This document shows, in pieces, positions 24,501-36,231 of a stretch of DNA of 64,000 nucleotides. The stretch lies in the NCBI GenBank assembly GCA_965240325.2, contig OZ251223.1, forward strand, positions 2,046,001 to 2,110,000, in the 5' to 3' direction. The position numbers and the translations under genes are program-made. The notes under the pieces were generated by a model. It searched no databases, was not told the origin of the DNA, and saw only the letters and a program-made list of their open reading frames with translations. How positions within the stretch are numbered: position 1 is the first letter of the stretch; every line of letters begins with the position of its first letter. Origin of the DNA: Rebecca billardiae RCC1528 (Eukaryota > Protista > Haptophyta).

Positions 24501-27500
24501 CGCTTCGGGCACGCCAACATGGAGGCGATCTTGCGTACGAAGCACGCCGCCACCGGCATGGGCGCCTCGAAGCCCGACGCGATCGACTGCGACATCTGCG
24601 CGGTCTCCAAGATCAAGTTGCTCCCATTCCCGGGCAAGATGGCGCGCGCGACGCGGCGGCTCGAGATCGTGCACGTCGACTTCTTCGGCCCGTACCGCAA
24701 GGGCGTGCCGCACACGGCCGACGGCACGCCGCTGGCGGACATCTACGCGCTCAGCTTCATCGACGATCACTCGGACTACACGCGCATCTACACGTGCCGC
24801 ACGCGCGACCTCGCGCCTCAGCTGCTCCGGCAGTACATTCGTGACGTTGGGGCGATGTCGCTGCTCTCGATCTCGCTCGGCACCTCGATGGCGGACGGGC
24901 ATTTCCATCCGGACGGAGCCGGCGAGCTCAACTCCCAGGAGTGGCAGGACGTGCTCGACGAGTTCGGCATCCTCATCAACGTCACCTCGGCGCCGCACAC
25001 GCCGCAGCAGAACCCGATCGCCGAGCGCAAGTGGGGCACGCTCGTTGCGGACGCGCGCGCGATGCTCCTGCAGTCGGGCGTCGCGCACAAGTACTGGCCG
25101 GAGGCGATGCTCGTGGCGGCGTACCACCGCAACCACCTCGCCAAGCGCGACGGCAAGACGCCCATCGAGAAGTTCTACGGCTACAAGCCCGACATCGCGC
25201 ACCTCCGCCCTTTTGGCTGCAAGGCGATCGTGTACGACCACTCCGCGGTCGGCCCCGGCGGCTACAAGCTCAAGTCGCGCGGCATCATCGGCTGGCACGC
25301 GGGCTACGCGCGCGACGGCGTCCAGATCGGCAACACGACGCGGAAGATCTTCGGCTACAAGATCTACATCCCCTCCTCCAAGAAGATCGTGATCTCTCGG
25401 CACGTTCTCTTTGATGAGCTCTCGTTCGCGGGCGCTCCGGCGGCGCGACCGACGTGCAGCAAGCAGCACTCGGCCGAGGAGGAGAAGGAGGAGCGCCAGG
25501 CCATCGAGGTGCTTGAGAACGACGAGGACCGCGACGACATCGTGCACCACGACCGTCCCCCACTCGGAGCCGACCGCGTGCTGCGATCGCGCGGCGCTGC
25601 TCTCGACGGCACTGCCGCCGCGGCCATCCCGCTCCCCAAGGACCTGATGGCCGGACTCGAGCCCATCGATTACTACAACAATGGCGACGCCGACTCGCTG
25701 GACGACGCGCTGGGCGCGACCGCCAGCCCCTCCATCCATCCACCGCTCGGCGACGAGGCCAACGCCGACGACATCATCTTGCCGAACGACGACGGCGCGT
25801 ACGGCATTGCTCAGCCCGCTGACACCGAGGAGGAGCTCCCGGCACCGCGCCGCTCAGCGCGCGTGCGCGCGCGCCGCGACGCAGCTGCCGCGGCCGACAA
25901 GACGATGCACTACCAGGTGCTACGGGCCATCATCAACGCGCACGCGCCGATCGGCCCGGAGCCCACGTCGTACAAGACGGCCATGGAGTCGCCCGAGGCG
26001 TCCGAGTGGTGCGAGGCCATCGACGACGAGCTCGACTCGCACAAGGTGAACGGCACCTACAAGGAGGCGGCGCTGCCGCCCGGCCGCATGGCGGTCGGCT
26101 CGAAGTACGTGTTCAAGAACAAGCTGAACGCCGACGCCTCGCTCGCGCGGCGCAAGGCGCGGCTCGTCGCCCAGGGCTTCCGCCAGCAGAAGGGCATCGA
26201 CTACGACGAGACCTTCTCGCCCACCGTCAACCACACGACGGTGCGCACGCTCATCGCGCTGTCGGCGGCTCACAACTACTCCACGACCATGTGCGACTTC
26301 CACACGGCCTACCTCAACGCGCCGCTCGAGGAGGGCGTGGACGTGTACATGCACGCGCCGCCGGGCTACGTCTTCGAGAAGACGTTCAAGCCGCACGAGA
26401 AGCCGGTGCTGCATCTCATCAAGTCCATCTACGGCTTGAAGCAGTCGGGCAGGAACTGGTACCTGCTGCTCGACATGAAGCTGAAGAAGATGGGCTTCAA
26501 CCAGTCGCACGTCGACCCGTGCCTGTACTACAAGTTCACCGCCGGCGGCATCATCATCATCGCCGTCTACGTTGACGACCTGCTGGTCGTGAACGGCTCG
26601 ACCAAGCCGAACGAGGTCGGCGAGATCCTCAAGTCGCTCGCCGACACGTTCAAGATGCGCGAGCTCGGACGCGTCAGCTACTTCCTCGGCCTGGAGGTCA
26701 CGTACAAGGAGGAGGGCATGCTGCTCGCGATGCCGAAGTACATCAAGGAGGTCATCTCGCGCTACGACTTCACCGGCTGCCGCAAGGCGGACGTGCCGGC
26801 TGAGCCGCGGCTGTACTTTGGCGCGCCGACGGACGACGACGAGCCCGCGGACCAGTCTGTCTACCGCTCGATCGTCGGCTCGCTCATCTACGCCTCGATC
26901 ACCTGCCGCCCGGACATCTCGTACGCGGTGAACACGCTCTCTCGCTTCGTGCAGAACCCGCGCGAGCCGCACATGCGCGCCGCAAAGCGCGTGCTGCGCT
27001 ACCTCTCGCACACGCCGGACGCCGGCATCCTCTACCGATACGGCAACACCGGCGGTCTCAAGGCTTACTCGGACTCGGACTGGGGCAACATCCCGGACTC
27101 GCGCCGCTCGATCACGGGCAACGTGCTGTTCTACGGCTCGGGCGCGGTCCACTGGAACTCATACATCCAGACGACCACCGCCCTCTCCTCCTGCGAGGCC
27201 GAGTACATGGCGCTGTCGGACACGGGCAAGTCCGTCGCGTACATGCGCAACATGCTGTCCGAGCTCAAGCTGATCGACACCAAGATCCCGACCAAGATCC
27301 TCGCGGACAACACTGGCGCGATCAACCTCGCCGTGAACCCGTCCGTGCGCAAGCGCACCAAGCACATCGAGATCCGCTACCACCGCATCCGCGACTGGGT
27401 GGCGGCCGGCGAGATTGACGTGACCTTCGTGAGCTCCCACTTCCCAGGACAACGTGGCCGACGTTCTCACGAAGGGCCTCACTCGCGACAAGTTCAAGCG

Positions 27501-27552
27501 CTTGGTGGACCACCTCTGTGGTGCCACCACGACGCTCACCCGGCTCAAGTAG
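21576..27552 (+). CDS. Copia Gag-Pol polyprotein with CCHC knuckle, MYND finger, protease, integrase, RT and RNase H (frameshift near the end)
   Basis: CHICGEHGHWRDQC; FFLDSGASD; WHRRFGH; VHVDFFGP/HPDGAGE/QNPIAER; RKARLVAQGF, KSIYGLKQSGR, YVDDL; YSDSDW, SSCEAEY, ADNTGA. The terminal DNVADVLTKGL is in a shifted frame ending with TAG at 27552. Start codon uncertain. Confidence 0.92.
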
Positions 27553-27708
27553 GTGAGTGTCATCCGAAGACGAAGATCGTCCGCGTGCATCGCTCGCCCG
27601 CTGATCGCGGGCACGCACACGAGCTGCACGCACACGCGCGCACGCGCGCACACGCGCGCGCGCGCGCACCGCACACACGCACACGCTTACTCGCACCTCA
27701 CCGCACTC

Positions 27709-27720
27709 GGTGAGGAGGAG
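27709..27720 (+). other. Polypurine tract
   Basis: ggtgaggaggag immediately before the 3' LTR. Confidence 0.8.
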
Positions 27721-28125
27721 TTTCGGGCTATCCGGACTCGCCGGATACCCGTGTGGCACCGAGCGCGAGTAGCTGCTCGACCGCTGCTTAAGCGCGAGGT
27801 GAGTAATCACTACAAGCTGGTGATTACACCTTTCGTCAAGGATACGTTCATTCCTTCCACTCCAATAGTCGCTCATTGACTACTCCCGTATGCGATGCTC
27901 TACCCGCTTACCGGGGCGACGCAGATACATACGGAGATCGTGGCTTCCACAAGCCACGTTGCCGATGTAAAACCGTTTTGGAGGCTGCCTCGGTGTTTAG
28001 CCGAGCCAGCCAGCCAGGCAGAGGCTCGGGGCTATCCATCCTCTGGCTGCCCCCCAGTTGGCCAGGGCCCAATTGCCGTAGGCTGAAGCCACACGCCTTC
28101 GTTTCGAGAGCCCTAATGTCTCAGA
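27721..28125 (+). repeat. 3' LTR (TT...GA)
   Basis: Copy of the 5' LTR followed by TSD AAGCT. Confidence 0.95.
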
Positions 28126-28286
28126 AAGCTGACGCTTGTATTGGACTTGTAACCGTCCTACTTCACACAGAAGTGAACTCTCACGCCCGGCCGTCCACGA
28201 TTGATTAGGGGAATCTCGTGGGCGCGGTTTTTTTCTCCGTGATGCGTGTGTAGAGTAGGCTGTCCGACTCTACACTGCTGTGTAGA

Positions 28287-30258
28287 GGCTGCCGAAAGTC
28301 TGCTCTAGCGGGACCCCCGCGCACTGGGGTCGTTCCGGGCGCGAGCTCGGCGGGGACGTGGCGAGCGGGTCGGCGCGCGCCGTGGGCTGGGTGTGCGATT
28401 TTACCAACGTATCGGTCGACCTGACCCTCCCCGTCGCGCCGCTCTTGCCCTCGTGGCCTCTCTTCCCCCCAACACGGGTGCGCGCAGCCGCTTGAACAGC
28501 CTGGCTGCAGGTCGTTCACAGACGGCAGGCCGCGTGCAACCTGCGCGGGTGAAGAGGGGTGGCTTGTTGCGTGGTTACGCGGCTGACGCCCGTGTGTGGC
28601 CTTGCGAGCCTTTGTGTGCGAGGTTACTTGCCCACATCTGCTCTCGCGTGTCATGCGCGCGTGCAACGAACACTATGCCGTATGCGACCCGCCTTGCAGC
28701 AGCCGAGGCCACTGCCACTGGCTTTCCACGTCGCGCGCGAGATCGTCGACATTCTGACGGGCTCGCATCCAGGCGAGTGCAAGTGCGCGCGCTGCGTTAC
28801 GTTCCTCCCGTCCACTGGAGGTGTGCACTGTTAAGCGGAGTCCAGCAGCCAAAACGACATGGGCATCTGACTCGTCATTCGTGTCAACCTGTGACGACGG
28901 GCATCGCGCCAGGCTGAGAGGCCAGTGCCCAGGATAGCTCGGGTGATGGGGCACCGCACGTCTGATCATCGGATGGCAGATGAAGTCAGCAACGTACTAG
29001 ATCAAGCGTCGGCTTGTCCACGTCGCCGGCGCGGTGTGCGCACTCTCCTGCTGCCGCTGCTGCACTACAGCGCTACTGTACTCTGACAATTCTAGGATTT
29101 AAAGACACATCAGGTATGAGGACGCCGCAGCTCTCCTGATTCGTCTGTCGAAGTACTGATTGGAGGCGGAGGATGTGAGCGCGTTAGCCGCGGATGAGGG
29201 AGTCGTCGCCGATGCTGATCACTGAGATGCCGCGCGCTGTGACTTGCAGTCGTCGGTCGTCACGCCGTTGCCGCCGTCGGACGGTCGGTCCCGGCTGACG
29301 AGTGACGGTCCGAGTTGATGCAGTAAGCTAGTGAGAGTAGTCTGCGTGGATGCTCACGCCAGCCGCCGGTGCGGTCGGGGATGGCGCTCACCCTAGCCGT
29401 GGGGGAGGTAGTCGGCCTGGCCGGCGGGCGGGGTTGCTCAATATTCGTTTCTTTTAATATATATATTTTATTCATCGCCGTGGATTTAATTTTAAACCCG
29501 GCCACGCTAACGACATGACCTTGTGGCGCGTTGCGTCGGAGAACGGGACGGCAGCCTGCCCGCTCGGAGCGTGCTTGTACGCCACAAGCATGCGGGCGAC
29601 GATGCTTGATGATTCCCACTCTCGCACCGGAGCTGTGAGTCTGTGTAACACAGTGACGCGGGAGCCGAGGGTGACTCGACGGGCAACTTCAGGAATGCAC
29701 CTGCCAGAAGCACTGCCTTCAATATCAAGCACGCAGATGGCAAAGACGAAGGCCACAAGCATGCGACAGAACATGTCAACGATATGGCGTCACCGTCTTA
29801 GTGCCTGCAGTGGCCCCACGCTGGCCCAGCTGGCAGCAGGTGGACAAGCGCAAGCGCAGCGGAGATCCGATGGTGTACGTTACACGCGCGCATGACACGC
29901 GAGAGCGGATGTGGGCAAGTAATCTCGCACACAAAGGCTCGCAAGGCCACATATGAGCGTCAGCCACGCAACCACGCAACAAGCCACCCCTCTTCACCCG
30001 CGCAGGTTGCACGCGGCCCGCCGTCTGTGAACGACCTGCAGCCAGGCTGTTCAAGCGGCTGCGCGCACCCGTGTTGGGGGGAAGAGAGGCCGCGAGGGCA
30101 AGAGCGGCGCGACGGGGAGGGTCAGATCGACCGATACGTTGGTAAAATCGAGCACCCAGCCCGCGGCGCGCACCGACCCGCTCGCCACGTCCCCGCCGAG
30201 CTCGCGCCCAGTGCAGCCCCAGTGCGCGGGGGTCCCGCTAGAGCAGACTTTCGGCAGG
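28287..30258. mobile_element. Foldback-like element with ~385-bp imperfect inverted arms
   Basis: 28287-28673 is the reverse complement, with substitutions, of 29873-30258. The ~1.2-kb interior is non-coding. True termini and TSD not resolved. Confidence 0.75.
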
Positions 30259-30304
30259 CCCCCCGTAGCCAGCGGAGGGGGGCCGGACAGGCTATGTGTA
30301 GAGA

Positions 30305-30451
30305 GGGTCTCAAAAATCAAAACTCGGTCTCCGCCAGCCCTAAAAATCCGGCCCCCGCGTCCCTTTTTCTTGATAAAAGATCTTTTTGAAACGTGGTTCG
30401 GGCCCGCTGGTGCGGGCTCCACGCTGCGCGCTCCGCCCTGCACCGCGGGCC
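30305..30451 (-). repeat. Element terminus GGCCCGCGGTGCAGGGCGGAGCGCG (second copy at 46108-46250, + strand)
   Basis: About 145 bp shared in opposite orientation with 46108-46250. Both termini are flanked by AT. Confidence 0.75.
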
Positions 30452-31530
30452 ATAAGTAATAGAAGATAAATCGAAATCTACCTTTCTCATAGTCAATATT
30501 CGCACAGAACACACTCAGTCCCCCGTGACGTGGCGAACATTCCGTCCGCGTGAGTTCCTGCCGGTATGCTGCGGTCACCACTGAGATATGTCACTGCTCG
30601 CCAAGTTGTATTAACGACGTGGTATGCAACGGGCAGGCGTCAGAGTCAGCAAGCTGTAGCAGCAGATCGAGCAGCAGAGACAAACACCAGGATCACTGCG
30701 CTCCTCGCCGTCGTCCCCCCCTCGTAGTCGCCCAGTTATATAGGCGGAAAGAGAGTTTGTGCGGATCGGGCATCGGCTCTTCTGCCCAAGGGCCTTGCTA
30801 GTGCTTCATCGCACGCTCTCCGAAGAGAGACCTGCCAGAAACTGGTACGGGTCTGTCTGTATGTAGTTTGAGTGTTTGCCTCGGCGGCTCGGTGCGAGCG
30901 GAGCGGAGCGAGCACTATCCGGCGGAGGAGGCCGGTGAGGCTGCGCACGACGTGAGGCGCGGCTTCGGCCGAGTCGGTCCGCGGAGGATGCGCCGCGCTC
31001 GGCCCGCTGCGCAGCGGCAGTGTGCCTCACTTTGCCCCGAGCGCCGTCCTCCGCGTTGCTCGCACGAATGGTTTGCTGTGCCGCTCGCTGACTGCGCCGG
31101 CCGACTCACGATGGTACCAACACTCACGCCGCCGTCTTTTCCAGCTTCCCGTCAGTCGACAAGTCGGGAAGCATTTCGGCAGTCTGAAGTCGTGCCGGAC
31201 TCGTGCGTTTCCGAGTCGCTGCAACTGCCTGCTCGGTCATCGGTGGCGACCGCTGGCGGCTACGACGGCAGCGGGCTCAGCAGCGAGCTCGGCGGCGGGG
31301 TCCGGGCTGCGGTTGTGATGGTGGCGGTGATGGCAGCCGGCTAGTGGTGGCGGCGATGTGCGCAGCGGCGACGTCACTCGTCAGGTGCCCGTGCGGGCGC
31401 GGCGGCGGGCTTGGCGGCGGCGATGTAGGCGGTGATGGTGGCGGGCTCGACGGGGGGACTTGTAGCGGTGATTGTGGCGGCGGTAACTGGTGGCTGTGGG
31501 TGGCGGAGTGGCAGTGAGCCAGGCAGCTGA

Positions 31531-34500
31531 CAGAGGGAGCACGGCCGAACTCGGACTCGTGTGAAGGTCCCTCCCACTAGTACTACTGGGACCTTCACAC
31601 GTCTCGAGGGACCTTCACACGTTCGACGAGTGAAGGTCCCTCCGCTGGCGCCGCCCGTTGGCGCTGGATGGGATGGCCGCGTGCGTGCGCGAGCGCCCGC
31701 CTCGCGTCGCGCGCCCCGCGCGCAGAGCGCGCGCTCGGCCGCGCGCGACGCGGCGGAGTCGAGGCTGACATGCCCCTGGCCCACTTCGCGCCGCGCAACG
31801 CCGCCCACGCCCATCGCCGCTCGCACGCGCAGGCCTGCCGCGCACGGCTTGGGCTTTTCAGCACAGGCTGGCGGCGGCGCGCCGGGCCGAGGGCTCGGCC
31901 AGTGTTGTGCCCCTCGGCCAGGCCGAGACTTGGCGGAGGCGCGGGTAGTGCCATCGCCTGCCCAGATCCCGGGCCTCACCGTCAGAGTGTGCACGCGAGG
32001 CGCGCTGTCGTGGTCGACAGGTGAGGCGCCGCGTGCTCGCCCTCGAGCGGGCAGCGGACATACCGGCAGGCGCGCGCGCACACAGCGGGGCTGTCGAGCT
32101 GCTTCCGGCTGGGTAGATCGACGGCGCATGCCCTGGCCCTGGTCTGGGAGGCGTGCGCGGGTTCGGAGGCCGGTGAACGCTCGGCGCGGACCCACGTGTC
32201 TTGCTGGGCACGGTTGCGCGACAGCTCTGCAGCCAGTCTCGAGGCTGAGTGGCATCAGAGCGCTTGCCGGCGTGCTGGCGGGCTCAGCCGCCGGGCCGAT
32301 GCCCACGCCTTGGCCGGGATGCGACCGGCCTCCGCGTCCTCCGCAGCCGCCTGGAGCCGTCGACCCGCCGCCCAAGGCCCGCGGCCGGCGGGCCGGGCTG
32401 TCCGAGAGCTCGCGGCACGCAGCAGGAAGCAAGGCCGTAGAGTGGCAGCGGACGCGCTGCGTCAGCGCGAGAGGGCTGAGGTCGTGAGGGAGATCCTCAC
32501 CACGTCTGAAAGCGTTCTAGGAGCTAACGCAGGTTCACGGACCGTAGGCTGCTCGTTATTCGTCCCGCGACCCGGCAGCGGGCAGCATCAGGCTCAGCTT
32601 CCCAGTCGACGGCTGACGACTTGATGGCAATCAATCCTTGATCGCGCGCGAGCGCCCGGCGCCATCGCGCCCGGCGAATGCTGGCTGCCGACGACAGTGA
32701 CCTGAGACGGCCGGACTGTGGTGCATGCTGCTCGTTGTGGCAGGCTCGGCCAGGCCGAGACTTGGCGGAGGCGCGGGTAGTGCCATCGCCTGCCCAGATC
32801 CCGGGCCTCGCCATCAGAGTGTGCACGCGAGGCGCGCTGTCGTGGTCGGCAGGTGAGGCGCCGCGTGCTCGCCCTCGAGCGGGCAGCGGACATACCGGCA
32901 GGCGCGCGCGCACACAGCGGGGCTGTCGAGCTGCTTCCGGCTGGGTAGATCGACGGCGCATGCCCTGGCCCTGGTCTGGGAGGCGTGCGCGGGTTCGGAG
33001 GCCGGTGAACGCTCGGCGCGGACCCACGTGTCTTGCCGGGCACGGTTGCGCGACAGCTCGGCAGCCAGTCTCGAGTGGCATCAGAGCGCTTGCCGGCGTG
33101 CTGACGGGCCCAACCGCCGGGCCGATGCCCACGCCTTGGCCGGGATGCGACCGGCCTCCGCGTCCTCCGCAGCCGCCTGGAGCCGTCGACCCGCCGCCCA
33201 AGGCCCGCGGCCGGCGGGCCGCGCTGTCCGATAGCTCGCGGCACGCAGCAGGCCGCAAGACGCGCTGCGTCAGCGCGAGAGGGCTGAGTTCGTGAGGGAT
33301 ATCCTCACCGCGTCTGGAAGAGTTCTAGGAGCTGACGCAGGTTCACGGGCCATAGGCTGCTCGTCATTCGTCCCGCGAACCGGCAGCGGGCAGCATCAGG
33401 CTCAACTTCCCAGTCGTCGGCTGACGACTTGGCAATCAATCCTTGATCGCGGTCCTTCAGCTACGAGCGCCCGGCGCCACCGTGCCCGGCACCGGCTGGC
33501 TGCCGACGACAGCGACCTGAGACGGCCGGACGGTGGTGCATGCTGCTCATTGCCGCGTCCGAATGTACGTGGTGCAGAGCGCGTCACGGCCGGTCGTTCT
33601 ATACGCGATAGATCCGCCGCACTAGCCTAGGGCCGCACCGCCGGCCACCGGGTGTTCGTTGCCATTGGGCCCGGCGGTGCGGCGCGCGGCACCGGCCGGC
33701 GGTCCACTGCTGACACTCGTTCCGTCACGGCAGCTTCTAGGAAGCCAGTCGCGTGGGCATAGCGCGCCTCTCTGCCCACGCGGCATGTGGGATGATGTCA
33801 GGCTGCCGGATGTGACTGGCTTGGACCACTGACCAGGCTGCGGGAGCATGTCGCTGATGCATTCCAGAAGACTTCTCAGGGGAACCAGACGATGACGGAC
33901 GAGTGTAGGCTATACTTCTAATGCTGCTGCACTTGCTTGAGAAGGGCCACTCGTCGTGATCAGTCGAGTCGTCAAGTGATAATGACGCCAGAATCGTCGC
34001 GCCACGTGCCGGCACCGCTAGAAGGCAGAACAACTCGCGCGTAGTCCCGCTGAGAGCGTATGTACGGTATGGCTGCGGCTGCAATGCGCAGTCGTCTGAC
34101 GCAGTCATCATCAGCCAGCACTCAGCAGGAGCGCAGCTTATGATGCTGGCCCGCCGTATCGTCTGCAGGCGCTTGCCCAAGGTGGCAGTGGGGCGGGTCG
34201 GACGCGGTTGAGTGGCACGTGACGAACTCCGAGTCGCGATGACGTCTCATGCTGCTGGTCCGCGCAATGACTCAATCGATACGTACTGCGCCGCGCTGGC
34301 GCTAGGTCGGATGTCGACTCTGACAAGGCCGAGCAGCAGCCTACGGTCGCAAAAGTAGTCTAAGTCAGCTCATCGAACTCCACCAGACGGGGCAGTGCCG
34401 ATCATCTCTCTCATGGACTCAGCCTTCCCGAGGTGACGCAGCGATCCCGCAGTGCCCTCCTTCATGTCTGGGCATCGCTGCCGCCCAAGCTTTGCCGACG

Positions 34501-36212
34501 AGTGGGTGGCCTGCGGCCGACCTGGCGGCAGCGCCAACGCCCGGAGCTTGGCCGCGCTGTGTCCCCGCCAAGCTCTGACCGAGGGCAACAGTGACGCAGT
34601 AATCCCATCCCACACCACCGCCCTAGCCGCCTCACAGCCCGTCTCCGTCGCGGCCGCCGAAGCCGCCGCCGAGCCAGCCACCGTTCCCGAGCCACCGTCA
34701 CCTCTGCCGAGCTCATGGCCACTCCGCCGCTCACAGCCATCATCGCCAAATCGCCGCCACCAAGCCCACCACGGACAACCAAGCCCATCTCCTCCACCCC
34801 AGCGCCAAGCCTAGCGCTGGGTTCGCCACCTTCGCCGCCACCGACTCCGCCCCCGAGCCCACCGCCGCAAAGTCCATAGCCGAGCCCGGCCGCCATCACC
34901 GCCACCAAGCCCACCTCGAGCCTGCCGCTGCCGTCGCCGCTGCCGACCCCGCCGCTGAGCCCACCACCGTCATCACCGCCTACATCGCCGCCACAAAGCC
35001 CGCCGCTGAGCCCGCAGCCGTCGCTGCCTACATCGCCGCCAACAAGCCCGCTACCATCATCGCCGCCATCAGCACCGCCTCCGACCACGCCGCCGAGCTC
35101 GATCCCGTCGCCGCCGCCTCCGCTGCCACCAAGCCGCCGGCAGCCGATCCCACCGCCAAGTCTGCCACGTCAGCCACCGCCGAGCTCACCGCCAAGCCCA
35201 CCGTCATCGCCAGCACTGAACCTGCCATCCTCGCCGCCGCCGAGCCCGCTATCAAGCCCGCCTCCGCCGCCTCCGCCGCCGAGCCCGCCTCCATCTCCAC
35301 CACCCTCGCTGCCGCCCAGCCGGCTCGGCCGCCTGCTCCTCTGGCCATCCGCCAAGCGGCCTGCCGGCCGCGGGCCGTGGGCAGCGGGTCGACGGCTCCA
35401 GGCGGCTGCGGAGGACGCGGAGGCCGGTCGCATCCCGGCCAAGGCGTGGGCATCGGCCCGGCGGCTGAGCCCGCCAGCACGCCGGCAAGCGCTCTGATGC
35501 CACTCAGCCTCGAGACTGGCTGCAGAGCTGTCGCGCAACCGTGCCCGGCAAGACACGTGGGTCCGCGCCGAGCGTTCACCGGCCTCCGAACCCGCGCACG
35601 CCTCCCAGACCAGGGCCAGGGCATGCGCCGTCGATCTACCCAGCCGGAAGCAGCTCGACAGCCCCGCTGTGTGCGCGCGCGCCTGCCGGTATGTCCGCTG
35701 CCCGCTCGAGGGCGAGCACGCGGCGCCTCACCTGTCGACCACGACAGCGCGCCTCGCGTGCACACTCTGACGGTGAGGCCCGGGATCTGGGCAGGCGATG
35801 GCACTACCCGCGCCTCCGCCAAGTCTCGGCCTGGCCGAGGGGCACAACACTGGCCGAGCCCTCGGCCCGGCGCGCCGCCGCCAGCCTGTGCTGAAAAGCC
35901 CAAGCCGTGCGCGGCAGGCCTGCGCGTGCGAGCGGCGATGGGCGTGGGCGGCGTTGCGCGGCGCGAAGTGGGCCAGGGGTATGTCAGCCTCGACTCCGCC
36001 GCGTCGCGCGCGGCCGAGCGCGCGCTCTGCGCGCGGGGCGCGCGACGCGAGGCGGGCGCTCGCGCACGCACGCGGCCATCCCATCCAGCGCCAACGGGCG
36101 GCGCCAGCGGAGGGACCTTCACTCGTCGAACGTGTGAAGGTCCCTCGAGACGTGTGAAGGTCCCAGTGGGAGGGACCTTCACACGAGTCCGAGTTCGGCC
36201 GTGCTCCCTCTG
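31531..36212. mobile_element. Non-autonomous hAT-like foldback element with ~850-bp inverted arms and captured Ser-Pro-rich fragment
   Basis: Termini CAGAGGGAGC...GCTCCCTCTG. Arms at 31531-32392 and 35363-36212. Flanks GCAGCTGA and ACAGCGGA match 6/8, a decayed 8-bp TSD. Subterminal GTGAAGGTCCC repeats in both orientations. Confidence 0.8.
31913..33551. repeat. ~830-bp tandem duplication inside the foldback element
   Basis: 31913-32735 is repeated at 32744-33551. Confidence 0.85.
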
Positions 36213-36231
36213 ACAGCGGAGTGATTCACTA

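Larger units (their letters stand above)
21142..28125 (+). mobile_element. Full-length Ty1/copia LTR retrotransposon
   Basis: 405-bp LTRs at 21142-21546 and 27721-28125; 5-bp TSD AAGCT at 21137-41 and 28126-30; PBS TGGTATC at 21547; PPT before the 3' LTR; domain order PR-IN-RT-RH. Confidence 0.98.

Noticed and set aside
27553-27713. C-terminal extension of the 2138-aa copia ORF
   Set aside because: It results from the frameshift at ~27440. The conserved RNase H end terminates at 27552.
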